A stretch of DNA of 64,000 nucleotides from Octopus sinensis (lineage: Eukaryota), in NCBI RefSeq assembly GCF_006345805.1, contig NC_043014.1, positions 25,544,001 through 25,608,000 of the forward strand, written 5' to 3'. The stretch's first letter is position 1. Each line of letters begins with the position of its first letter. Shown in pieces: positions 38,310 to 49,241 of the stretch. Both the position numbers and the translations under genes were made by a program. Under the pieces are notes generated by a model, which searched no databases, was not told the DNA's origin, and worked only from the letters and a program-made list of their open reading frames with translations.

Positions 38310-39155
38310 AATAAAGACCAGAATATAATTAATTGTACATGTAGAGACAAGACTAAATGTAAATTTAATAATAAATGTAATTTTGATGATGTAGTATATA
38401 AATGTATTTGATGATAATAATAGGAATGGTTATAATTTAAATGTGATTTATATAGGGTTGACTTCCAATAAAATTAAATTAAGGGTGGCTCAACACATAA
38501 ATTCTTTTAAGAATAGAAATTTAATTAATTCTACTGGCCTTAGTAAATATATATTGGAACTAAAATCTAAACGTATTAAGTATAAATTAAATTGGGAGAT
38601 AGTTTTTAAGGCAAAACCTTATCGAATAGGTAGTAATTTTTGCTTATTATGTACTAATGAATTTAAGGAGATATTATTATCTAATAATAAAAAATTGATT
38701 AACTACATAGATGAGTGAAAAATTAAATGTTGACATAAGTTAAATTATATAAGTTTAGCTAATTTGTATATATATAAACCCTATTAATATTCAATTCCCG
38801 CTCTCTCATTACACAGATGTCTAATACAATAGCTCTCACATTTTCTTCTCTAAAAAGGTACGTGTCTATTTTTTCTATAAGCGTATAACAATGACTTCTT
38901 CTATACTTCTCCACTTTACCTTTTATCTTCACTTTTCTTAAATTGGAAACGTCTGCTATTAAGTTGCAGAACTTTGACAGTACAGTTAAAAATCATTTCT
39001 GTTTTACTTCTTATATACAGAGATGTACTTGCATAGCAAGTGATTTGATCTGAGATCGTGTGCTGAAACGAAAACAATTGCAGCATGGAAGGTGTTTGTA
39101 AGCCATTTAAGAAACACACAAAAGCCGTTCGATTCACTTCAACATTTAAGTTTAA

Positions 39156-39206
39156 TTTGTCAAAATATTTTTGTCGCTTTAAGACTGCGACCTGTTCACT
39201 GACAAA
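39156..39206 (-). ncRNA. Variant type I HHR-like motif with G3-C8 core (G12A lesion)
   Basis: Minus strand TTTGTCA GTGAACA G GTCGC AGTCTTAAA GCGAC AAAA ATATTT TGACAAA: perfect stem II, G12 replaced by A (CpG-type change). Confidence 0.55.
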
Positions 39207-39241
39207 AATCTGTGCTGCACCTCTGAGATGCAGCACGGATT

Positions 39242-39292
39242 TTTGTCAGTGAACAGGTCGTGGTCTTAAAGTGATGAAAATATTTTGACAAA
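39242..39292 (+). ncRNA. Variant type I HHR-like motif with G3-C8 core (stem II CpG-decayed)
   Basis: Stem I TTTGTCA/TGACAAA; core GTGAACA; extra G; stem II GTCGT/GTGAT (G.U pairs); GAAA 39276-79; palindrome AATATT; U17. Confidence 0.6.
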
Positions 39293-41113
39293 TTAAACTT
39301 AAATGTTGAAGTGAATCGAACGTCTTTTGTGTGTTTCTTAAATGGCTTACAAACACCTTCCACGCTGCAATTGTTCTTATATACAATTTCCCTGTAAATT
39401 TTTACAGCTTCATTTTTTGGTGATGAATGAAATGTCAAACATTTCCTAACTGTTAAAGCAATTCTTAATGTCAACTTCTTCATGCCTCTTCTATTTTTTT
39501 CCAAGCACCCATACTTACAGAGAAAATCGATTAAAACTCCATTCCTTCTTTCTTCCTCCATTAAAACAACCAGTTGCTCACACAGCCGCCATATACCATT
39601 CTGCTAGCAACAAGGGGACTACAGGATGACAGCCAGCCAAAACTTTATCTATGCTATCTCTCTTCTTTCACCTCTTTGTGGGGTTGATTATCTTCATCTT
39701 TAGTTACAGTTTTTCATTCAAAATTACGTAATATGCAGAATTGTCAGATTAATACAGTAGGGTGTTTTGAGGGAGATTTGGCTGCTAATTGTACCAGGTC
39801 TATCAACCATGTAGGCGTCTGAAATTCATTTTCATTCACAGATTTGCATTTCAAAAATTTCACATAATCTTTTCCATAAATCAACTATTGTAAAAATTTT
39901 CTACTATGACCTCGCATTTTCTATGTATGTGTGTGTACCTTAAAAGACGTGATTAGACAGAGGTCCAATAGAATAGTTCTCAGAAACAGACTACATACAA
40001 ATTCTTTCTTCACAACTCCTGAAGCTGTTTTCTGCGAAGATATTTTCACTTCACTCACTCTATCTCTCTTTCTCAACCTCTTTCTCTCTCACATACACAC
40101 GTGCAAGCACGCATACATACACACACGTCCATTTCACATATCTTCTTTCAATTTCTGCTATCTGCAAATAAAATTTTTATGGATGCAACTGTTTACAAAA
40201 ATAGGGATTAACCCTTACGTTACCAAGCCGCCCGAAAAAAATTTTGGTTAATGTGACCAAACCGCCCGTATTTACCTATTCATATTTAAATGAGAATATC
40301 AGAACAAATCTCTTTAGTACATTCGTGAAAACACATGATTATACTTCGTAAACAGTTCATCTACAGTTTTGTACAACAATCAACGTGTAATTTTAATTCC
40401 CTGAATTTTGGGAGATTTTTTTCCACATTTTTTTCGGCATCGATTTTTCTTCAACTTTGAAAATGGATAGGAGTTTCATGTTATCAAGCATTGATTCCGA
40501 ATTTAAAGCTTTTTCAACAGAAAATAGGGAGATATCGAGAAAAAGAATGAAATAGGTACAGAAGCACGTGGTGTACAAAATAATGAATAGGATTTTTTTT
40601 ATCCGAAAATGAAAGCGATTCCGAAGAAACAAATCGGCGATGGCGACCTCAAAGACGATTTTACATCGGAATGAAGTAAAAAAATTTTTTAATGTTTTTA
40701 TTAGCAATTTTTCTGAAGAGATAAAGTTTATCTATAGCCTTTCTTAGGAAGTGAAACCATTAGACTTTTATTTTTTTCAGTATGCTAGTTTGAAGCGATC
40801 ACTTCGAAAACAAATTTACGCAGATTGTAAACAAACACAAAATGGGGGTTCAAAGTTTAGAAAATTTGTGAAGCAAATACTGGGTACTGTTGTGGATTTA
40901 GTTTTGGTACTTGTTAATTGTCGTGGTCCCGGTTTTGCACGCGCGCGCGTCAGACGTAGGTACTCGATACTCGAGATCCTACGAGGTGACTTGCGCATGC
41001 GCAGTGCGCGATTCGCGCATGCGCGTTAAACCCCCCCCCCGGAAAAAAAAAGGATTTTTTTTAAAGATACCTTTCTGCTTTTTAAGACAAAAAGGTGTTG
41101 GATTTAACTAAAA

Positions 41114-41155
<42 letters not shown>

Positions 41156-41636
41156 AACATATTCAATTTTACACAAAAAAATTACATAGTCGCTTTCCTC
41201 GCGGATTTACAGATAAATGAATTAATTACTATTTTACAGAATAAAATTAATGAATTAATTATATAAATTAAATAATTCTTGAAAATTAATTATTATTAAT
41301 ACTCGAGATCTTACGAGGTGACTTGCGCATGCGCAGTGCGCGATTCGCGCATGCGAGTTAACCCCCCCCCCCCGGAAAAAAAAAAGGATTTTTTTTAAAG
41401 ATACCTTTGGTCGCTTTCCTCACGGATTTACAGATAAATGAATTAATTACTATTTTACAGAATAAAATTAATGAATTAATTATATTAATTAAATAATTCT
41501 TGAAAATTAATTATTATTAATAATATTTTTTGAACAAAGTAAAAAGTAATTACTTTTTTTTTACAGAAACGCGAACGGGGAATTTTCAGTTTAAAGTTTA
41601 TAAATAAATACATTTCATGTGTAATGTAAAATAGTA

Positions 41637-42544
41637 GTCAATTAATTAAATACCTTCTTTTTCTGGGGTATTATTCTTGTTCAAACTCGTCACATATTTG
41701 TAACTTTTCGATGTAAACCTTTCAAAGTAAGTCTTAAAAAGTTGCGGCAGCTTAGCAGAAATGTCACGTTATAATTTCTACCATGCAATGGTTTCAATAC
41801 ACGCGGGAGATCATACCCCTTCAAACTTTATATCATTCTGAAACATCTTTCAGAATATTCATCACACGACCGTTTTCATTTTGTCCAAATATTTTTTCCA
41901 CAGAAATTCATCAGAATTGTGGCGATTTTATGACAGTGTAGCAAATAGTAATCAACTAATTAAATACCTTCTTTTTCTGGGGTATTATTCTTGTTCAAAC
42001 TCGTCACATATTTGTAACTTTTCGATGTAAACCTTTCAAAGTAAGTCTTAAAAAGTTGCGGCAGCTTAGCAGAAATGTCACGTTATAATTTCTACCATGC
42101 AATGGTTTCAATACACGCGGGAGATCATACCCCTTCAAACTTTATATCATTCTGAAACATCTTTCAGAATATTCATCACACGACCGTTTTCATTTTGTCC
42201 AAATATTTTTTTCCACAGAAATTCATCAGAATTGTGGCGATTTTATGACAGTGTAGCAAATTAGTAATCAACTAATTAAATACCTTCTTTTTCTGGGGTA
42301 TTATTCTTGTTCAAACTCGTCACATATTTGTAACTTTTCGATGTAAACCTTTCAAAGTAAGTCTTAAAAAGTTGCGGCAGCTTAGCAGAAATGTCACGTT
42401 ATAATTTCTACCATGCAATGGTTTCAATACACGCGGGAGATCATACCCCTTCAAACTTTATATCATTCTGAAACATCTTTCAGAATATTCATCACACGAC
42501 CGTTTTCATTTTGTCCAAATATTTTTTTTCACAGAAACTCATCA
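41637..42544 (-). repeat. Left Merlin array, ~2.9 units of 314-316 bp (inverted relative to the right array)
   Basis: GATCATACCCC anchors at 41816, 42130 and 42446. Confidence 0.95.
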
Positions 42545-43195
42545 ATGCTGTTCCTTCTGCTGTCTTCTCTCTCCTTCTCCCTTATTTACTTCAGGCAATC
42601 TCCATCTATCGCAAAAAGGGATTTTGAAAATCTTTGTCATGATTTTAATCCGAGGAGTATCTTTTAACATTTTTTATTTTCGAATATCTCATTCTATATG
42701 TGGCCTTTTTATTTTTCTCAAGTTAATAAGTGCCAGTAATGAGAGGAACATATCACAATTTTCAGTTTCCTTTACATGTTCACATAATAAATACATATTA
42801 TGTCATTTTCTGTTAGGAAAGGCATAATTAATTTCAGTTAATGTTTGTCTAATTACCACAGTATTATGTAGATAACAGTTTGTTTATAAGGTTTTTATTG
42901 CCTACTTCAGAAAGCACATGACAAATATACTGAATCGGACAAGAATCTAATAAGACTCAACATCATGACAGTCAATCCTTATTCATGTATTTTCGTTAAC
43001 TTGGGTTTCAGCCCAAAACAATCTTTCATAGTAGGACTACAAATGTTTTTGAAAGAATATATTTTATCATCAGAATATATATACTTTTCTCACACTACAA
43101 TTAAGATATATTTATTTTAAATCGTTCATTTTTCTCCCCCCCCCCACAACAAAAATTAGTTTGAAAGAGGGGACAGAGAAAGTTCTAAAATCTAA

Positions 43196-43203
43196 CCAAT
43201 CAG
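43196..43203 (+). promoter_or_regulatory. Candidate CCAAT box upstream of the Merlin transposase
   Basis: AACCAATCAG about 100 bp upstream of the ATG; motif match only. Confidence 0.3.
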
Positions 43204-43297
43204 AGCTAACTGAATGATAGTCAGCTAACTGATACTGAAAATAACTTTATTTTCAGTTTATCTTCATCAGTTGAACTGTGAGTTAAATTAAGAAAAA

Positions 43298-44182
43298 ATG
43301 TTGTATGAGATAGAAAGCATCGTAAAAGACTTTGACAGTATCTATTCATTCCTAAAGGACAAAAAAGTGTTGAGTTCCTCAACTCCAATTTGCTCAAAAT
43401 GCCATAGAGAGATGACTCTTATAAAACACAACCAGGAAAAAATTTTTCGCTGCCCAACTCACAAAGGGGAAAAAGAGTCGATTAGAAAGAAATCGTATCT
43501 CGAAAATAGCAGATTGAAACTGCACGATTTCATTCATGTTATATATTGTTGGGGCAGTAACCTAACAATAACAGGAGCAATAGCAATGACTGGATTGTCA
43601 AAACCTAGCGTTATTCAATGGTATCAATACATGCGAGATATCTGTAGCAATAATCTAATCAACAATCCATACCAAATTGGTGGTGTCGGACACGTTGTTG
43701 AAGTAGATGAAAGTCTGATGTGTAAGAGAAAATACAATAGAGGGAGAACGCCACAAGAGAGATGGGTTTTTGGAGGTTACGACAGAGAAGACAAAAAAGG
43801 CTTCATACTGTTCGTAGCTGACCGTTCCTCGGAAACTCTGCTACCCATCATCAAAAAATTTATTAGACCGGGCACAACAATTCATTCGGATTGCTGGCCC
43901 GCCTATAATGGTATTGCAGAAATGGATGTGACACCAAAATACATCCATTTCACAGTAAACCATTCCCAGAATTTTGTGGATCCGCTAACAGGTGTACACA
44001 CAAATTCTGTGGAATGTTACTGGAAGAATGCCAAAAGAAAATTTAAAACGATGATGGGGGTACATTCCACCATGGTGAACTCGTACCTTGATGAGTTTCT
44101 GTGGAAGGAACAATATGGGCAAACTGCACACGATTGCTTGATGAATATTCTGAAACATCTTTCCGAATGGTATAGAGTTTGA
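43298..44182 (+). CDS. Merlin / ISXO2 (IS1595-like) DDE transposase, 294 aa, uninterrupted
   Basis: N-terminal CSKC...CPTH zinc finger; catalytic D (VEVDES), D (IHSDCW), E (TNSVEC); VNHSQNFVDP and YLDEFLW motifs. Confidence 0.95.
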   Translation: MLYEIESIVKDFDSIYSFLKDKKVLSSSTPICSKCHREMTLIKHNQEKIFRCPTHKGEKESIRKKSYLENSRLKLHDFIHVIYCWGSNLTITGAIAMTGLSKPSVIQWYQYMRDICSNNLINNPYQIGGVGHVVEVDESLMCKRKYNRGRTPQERWVFGGYDREDKKGFILFVADRSSETLLPIIKKFIRPGTTIHSDCWPAYNGIAEMDVTPKYIHFTVNHSQNFVDPLTGVHTNSVECYWKNAKRKFKTMMGVHSTMVNSYLDEFLWKEQYGQTAHDCLMNILKHLSEWYRV

Positions 44183-44208
44183 AGGGGTATGATCGCCCAA
44201 ATGTATTT

Positions 44209-46352
44209 TTGGACAAAATGAAAACGGTCGTGTGATGAATATTCTGAAAGATGTTTCAGAATGATATAAAGTTTGAAGGGGTATGATCTCCCGCGTGTAT
44301 TGAAACCATTGCATGGTAGAAATTATAACGTGACATTTCTGCTAAGCTGCCGCAACTTTTTAAGACTTACTTTGAAAGGTTTACATCGAAAAGTTACAAA
44401 TATGTGACGAGTTTGAACAAGAATAATACCCCAGAAAAAGAAGGTATTTAATTAGTTGATTACTAATTTGCTACACTGTCATAAAATCGCCACAATTCTG
44501 ATGAATTTCTGTGAAAAAAAATATTTGGACAAAATGAAAACGGTCGTGTGATGAATATTCTGAAAGATGTTTCAGAATGATATAAAGTTTGAAGGGGTAT
44601 GATCTCCCGCGTGTATTGAAACCATTGCATGGTAGAAATTATAACGTGACATTTCTGCTAAGCTGCCGCAACTTTTTAAGACTTACTTTGAAAGGTTTAC
44701 ATCGAAAAGTTACAAATATGTGACGAGTTTGAACAAGAATAATACCCCAGAAAAAGAAGGTATTTAATTAGTTGATTACTAATTTGCTACACTGTCATAA
44801 AATCGCCACAATTCTGATGAATTTCTGTGGAAAAAAATATTTGGACAAAATGAAAACGGTCGTGTGATGAATATTCTGAAAGATGTTTCAGAATGATATA
44901 AAGTTTGAAGGGGTATGATCTCCCGCGTGTATTGAAACCATTGCATGGTAGAAATTATAACGTGACATTTCTGCTAAGCTGCCGCAACTTTTTAAGACTT
45001 ACTTTGAAAGGTTTACATCGAAAAGTTACAAATATGTGACGAGTTGAACAAGAATAATACCCCAGAAAAAGAAGGTATTTAATTAGTTGATTACTAATTT
45101 GCTACACTGTCATAAAATCGCCACAATTCTGATGAATTTCTGTGGAAAAAAATATTTGGACAAAATGAAAACGGTCGTGTGATGAATATTCTGAAAGATG
45201 TTTCAGAATGATATAAAGTTTGAAGGGGTATGATCTCCCGCGTGTATTGAAACCATTGCATGGTAGAAATTATAACGTGACATTTCTGCTAAGCTGCCGC
45301 AACTTTTTAAGACTTACTTTGAAAGGTTTACATCGAAAAGTTACAAATATGTGACGAGTTTGAACAAGAATAATACCCCATAAAAAGAAGGTATTTAATT
45401 AGTTGATTACTAATTTGCTACACTGTCATAAAATCGCCACAATTCTGATGAATTTCTGTGGAAAAAAATATTTGGACAAAATGAAAACGGTCGTGTGATG
45501 AATATTCTGAAAGATGTTTCAGAATGATATAAAGTTTGAAGGGGTATGATCTCCCGCGTGTATTGAAACCATTGCATGGTAGAAATTATAACGTGACATT
45601 TCTACTAAGCTGCCGCAACTTTTTAAGACTTACTTTGAAAGGTTTACATCGAAAAGTTACAAATATGTGACGAGTTTGAACAAGAATAATACCCCAGAAA
45701 AAGAAGGTATTTAATTAGTTGATTACTAATTTGCTACACTGTCATAAAATCGCCACAATTCTGATGAATTTCTGTGGAAAAAAATATTTGGACAAAATGA
45801 AAACGGTCGTGTGATGAATATTCTGAAAGATGTTTCAGAATGATATAAAGTTTGAAGGGGTATGATCTCCCGCGTGTATTGAAACCATTGCATGGTAGAA
45901 ATTATAACGTGACATTTCTGCTAAGCTGCCGCAACTTTTTAAGACTTACTTTGAAAGGTTTACATCGAAAAGTTACAAATATGTGACGAGTTTGAACAAG
46001 AATAATACCCCAGAAAAAGAAGGTATTTAATTAGTTGATTACTAATTTGCTACACTGTCATAAAATCGCCACAATTCTGATGAATTTCTGTGGAAAAAAA
46101 TATTTGGACAAAATGAAAACGGTCGTGTGATGAATATTCTGAAAGATGTTTCAGAATGATATAAAGTTTGAAGGGGTATGATCTCCCGCGTGTATTGAAA
46201 CCATTGCATGGTAGAAATTATAACGTGACATTTCTGCTAAGCTGCCGCAACTTTTTAAGACTTACTTTGAAAGGTTTACATCGAAAAGTTACAAATATGT
46301 GACGAGTTTGAACAAGAATAATACCCCAGAAAAAGAAGGTATTTAATTAATT
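44209..46352 (+). repeat. Right Merlin array, ~6.8 near-identical units of 316 bp
   Basis: GAAGGGG anchors at 44281, 44597, 44913, 45228, 45544, 45860 and 46176; only scattered single-base differences. Confidence 0.95.
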
Positions 46353-46844
46353 GACTACTATTTTACATTACACATGAAATGTATTTATTTATAAACTTTA
46401 AACTGAAAATTCCCCGTTCGCGTTTCTGTAAAAAAAAAGTAATTACTTTTTACTTTGTTCAAAAAATATTATTAATAATAATTAATTTTCAAGAATTATT
46501 TAATTAATATAATTAATTCATTAATTTTATTCTGTAAAATAGTAATTAATTCATTTATCTGTAAATCCGCGAGGAAAGCGACCAAAGGTATCTTTAAAAA
46601 AATCCTTTTTTTTTTCCGGGGGGGGGGGGGGTTTAACTCGCATGCGCGAATCGCGCACTGCGCATGCGCAAGTCACCTCGTAAGATCTCGAGTATTAATA
46701 ATAATTAATTTTCAAGAATTATTTAATTTATATAATTAATTCATTAATTTTATTCTGTAAAATAGTAATTAATTCATTTATCTGTAAATCCGCGAGGAAA
46801 GCGACTATGTAATTTTTTTGTGTAAAATTGAATATGTTATATAT

Positions 46845-46876
<32 letters not shown>

Positions 46877-49060
46877 TTTTAGTTAAATCCAACACCTTTT
46901 TGTCTTAAAAAGCAGAAAGGTATCTTTAAAAAAAATCCTTTTTTTTTCCGGGGGGGGGGGTTTAACGCGCATGCGCGAATCGCGCACTGCGCATGCGCAA
47001 GTCACCTCGTAGGATCTCGAGTATCGAGTACCTACGTCTGACGCGCGCGCGCGCGCGAATTCGCGTGTGCAAAACCGGGACCACGACAATTAACAAGTAC
47101 CTTTAGTTTTTATACAGGGAAACTAATGTTAGTCAGCATGGCTTAGGGTATGATGTGGTCTGGAAGTTATTGTTTGAAGCGATCAATGCGGAAACAAACT
47201 TACGCAGAATGTAAACAAACACAAAATGGGGGTTCAAATTTTGGAAAATTTGTGAAGCAAATACTGGGTACTGCGTAGATTTAGTTTTTATACAGGGAAA
47301 ATAATGTTAGTCAGCATGGCCTAGGGAACGATGTGGTCTGGAATTTATCACTTCCATACCATAACCAGGGCCGTATATTATTTTTTGACCGATTTCTTTA
47401 GTTCGGTCAAACTTACGGTGGATTTCAATATTTCAGTTTATTTCACCTTTATGGTACACCTGTTGTGCATTAAATTCAACTGATGATATAGTGATGTGCA
47501 CAATTCTTCTTTATCAAAATTTTGTTGCATACCCATTTGAATATTAGCTGATGATTCATTTTCTATGGTGATGTTTAAACAAAATTTTAATATTTTTACT
47601 TTTGCTCAATTTAAAATTTTAATATTTTTACCTTTTGCTCAATTTACCTGGATTTACCTGTAATTAAAGTCACTTTGAGATAAAAGTTATGCAATAGAAT
47701 TGATTAAGAACCCTTTCTTTAATTATGTTCCAAATATATTAATATGTTGATAAGTAAAAAAGTTACAGTTATTTAATGAAACAAGCCTAGATTCATGATT
47801 ATTTTAGAATTTAATTGAAACTCATGAGGGGTGTATTTTGGTCAGAAACATAGTAACGAAAGGGTTAATATATAATTTCTTTCTATGTTCATAATTAAAT
47901 AAATGTTTGAATGATTACACAGGTCCAATACAAATAGCCCTCAGAAACAGACTATGTACAAATTCTTTCTTTACAACTCCTGAAGCTGTTTTCTGACGAG
48001 GGGGGGGGGGGAATTTTCATACAGCTGGAGGCTCCAGTCAAAACGGGGGACCCGAAATGATATGGTTGAAAAATGCTGTTATAGATTATGCCTAACAGAA
48101 AATGCACATCATCCAAACAGACCGGGTTAAACTGGTCTTAACTGCTAGTTATATATATATAAAGAATATGAGGGTTTTAGTTCACTGATGATCTAAACCA
48201 ATAGGTACACTGTGTAAGTGCTATAATTAGTCATCTTTTATGTTCCAAGTTCACAGCTAAAGTTGGAGCTAGGGAACCATAGTAGGCTTCCGAGTCAGCA
48301 GGTATATTTTTTTAAAAATGGATAACAAAACCAAGGCAGGACAAGTATCTCAGGGAATTTAGAATATTTAATGAGAGTAAGATGAATAAAAAAATAGAGA
48401 AGTAGAAATAATCAATGTCAAAAGACAAGGTGTGAATGCAGGAAAGTTCCAGGCAGAGAATTCACAGTAGATAGAAGAATAAAGACAGGAGAAAAAAGTT
48501 CACAGCTCATCTTGTTCCAGAGAGTATGGAAGTTAGTCCATACTTCCATGAAGGTATAGCCCATTAAGTATAATCCCAGGTAAATCCAGGCAGTATTTTT
48601 CATACACACCTTGTCTCTGATGACAGAATACCCAGTGTATGGAGATGTTGACCCATCACTTGGGATATCCCAGAAACAGTTGTAAGGCATTAATTACTAC
48701 ATTTTTGTAGTAATTACTACATTAATTAAATATTCTAAATTACTACATTAATATGACCTGATATACTCATACTGTCTTGGTTTTGTTGTCCATTTTCCTT
48801 TAATATATTTATGTAAACCCTGGTTACATATACTAAAATTTAAACATTCTATCAATATTTCATTTATGAACATTTATGTTTGAAACTTTAGCATAATGGG
48901 AAAATTAATTTTCTTTTTAATAGCTTAGTCATGACATTCTTCAGGGTCTTTTTAATTAGTGGGAAGAAGGGAGGAAGCTATCCTCAGATTAGACTATCAA
49001 TATACATTCCTCAACGTTCTTTGAAGAGATGATTTAATAATAGGCAGTGATAGTAGTTAC

Positions 49061-49159
49061 CTCCAACAATGTGCCATCACCACCAGCCACTACTATAGCA
49101 TCAGTATGCTCTTTCTCTAACACTGTCAGCAACTGTTTCACTTGACCTTCATATTCAGT
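49061..49159 (-). CDS. AGK: Acylglycerol kinase exon containing the GGDG kinase motif (99 nt, phase 0 to phase 0)
   Basis: Acceptor TTTTTATTTCAG|, donor |GTAAC. [33 protein letters not shown] aligns with [31 protein letters not shown]. Confidence 0.95.
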
Positions 49160-49196
49160 CTGAAATAAAAAGAGGAAAATATTTATTCATATATGA

Positions 49197-49241
<45 letters not shown>

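Larger units (their letters stand above)
28480..38900 (+). mobile_element. Full-length degenerate Penelope-like element (YRDD-type RT, C-terminal GIY-YIG; Naiad-like by inference) split by three insertions
   Basis: FINRIKWKAYY, QSDKTRNLYK, DIPMGA, GGLYRDD, LSSNFEIFQKHAPYYNEAL (28606-30220); IWLIIPYG linker (35540-35787); NCTCRDKTKC and IYIGLT...NSTGLSKYILELK...FCLLC (38310-38750). Confidence 0.8.
39020..39373. mobile_element. Non-autonomous hairpin element (PLE-type architecture) carrying a variant HHR
   Basis: ~147-bp inverted arms 39073-39219 / 39229-39375, 9-nt loop, left arm ~53 bp longer. 12-bp TSD TTCTTATATACA at 39008-39019 and 39374-39385. Confidence 0.8.
40906..47101 (+). mobile_element. 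Merlin-superfamily DNA transposon with long foldback TIRs
   Basis: Termini GGTACTTGTTAATTGTCGTGGTCCCGG... / ...CCGGGACCACGACAATTAACAAGTACC; 9-bp TSD TTTAGTTTT at 40897-40905 and 47102-47110. ~735-bp non-array arms plus inverted 316-bp arrays. Confidence 0.95.
40212..47864 (+). mobile_element. Non-autonomous piggyBac-like element (about 1.45 kb without the Merlin insert)
   Basis: TTAA at 40208-11 and 47865-68; terminal CCCTTACGTTAC / GTAACGAAAGGG (11/12 inverted match). Acidic SDSE-type N-terminal remnants at ~40460-40630; no intact ORF. Confidence 0.75.
39940..48148 (+). mobile_element. Helitron-like element interrupted by the piggyBac-like/Merlin nest
   Basis: Internal ~75-bp repeat at ~39950-40030 and ~47925-47998; 7-bp subterminal hairpin AGACCGG/CTGGTCT (48119-48138) and CTAG|T at 48145-48148. 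5' end not located. Confidence 0.55.

Noticed and set aside
38716-38733. Selenocysteine recoding of TGA codons in the PLE GIY-YIG tail (reported for some Naiad elements)
   Set aside because: The TGAs do not fall at conserved Cys positions (C-TGA-H fits CGA-to-TGA decay of C-R-H), the element is riddled with other stops, and no SECIS was identified.
43298-44182. Bacterial IS1595 contamination or recent horizontal transfer
   Set aside because: Embedded with a clean TSD in animal repeats inside an AGK intron; eukaryotic Merlin elements already account for this fold. A phylogeny would be needed to claim transfer.
44209-46352. CRISPR-like interpretation of the long regular array
   Set aside because: Units are identical along their whole 316 bp with no unique spacers; no cas genes; eukaryotic intron context.
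46619-46631. G-quadruplex function for poly-G runs in the Merlin arms
   Set aside because: Single homopolymer runs whose lengths differ between arms and are prone to sequencing error; no supporting pattern.
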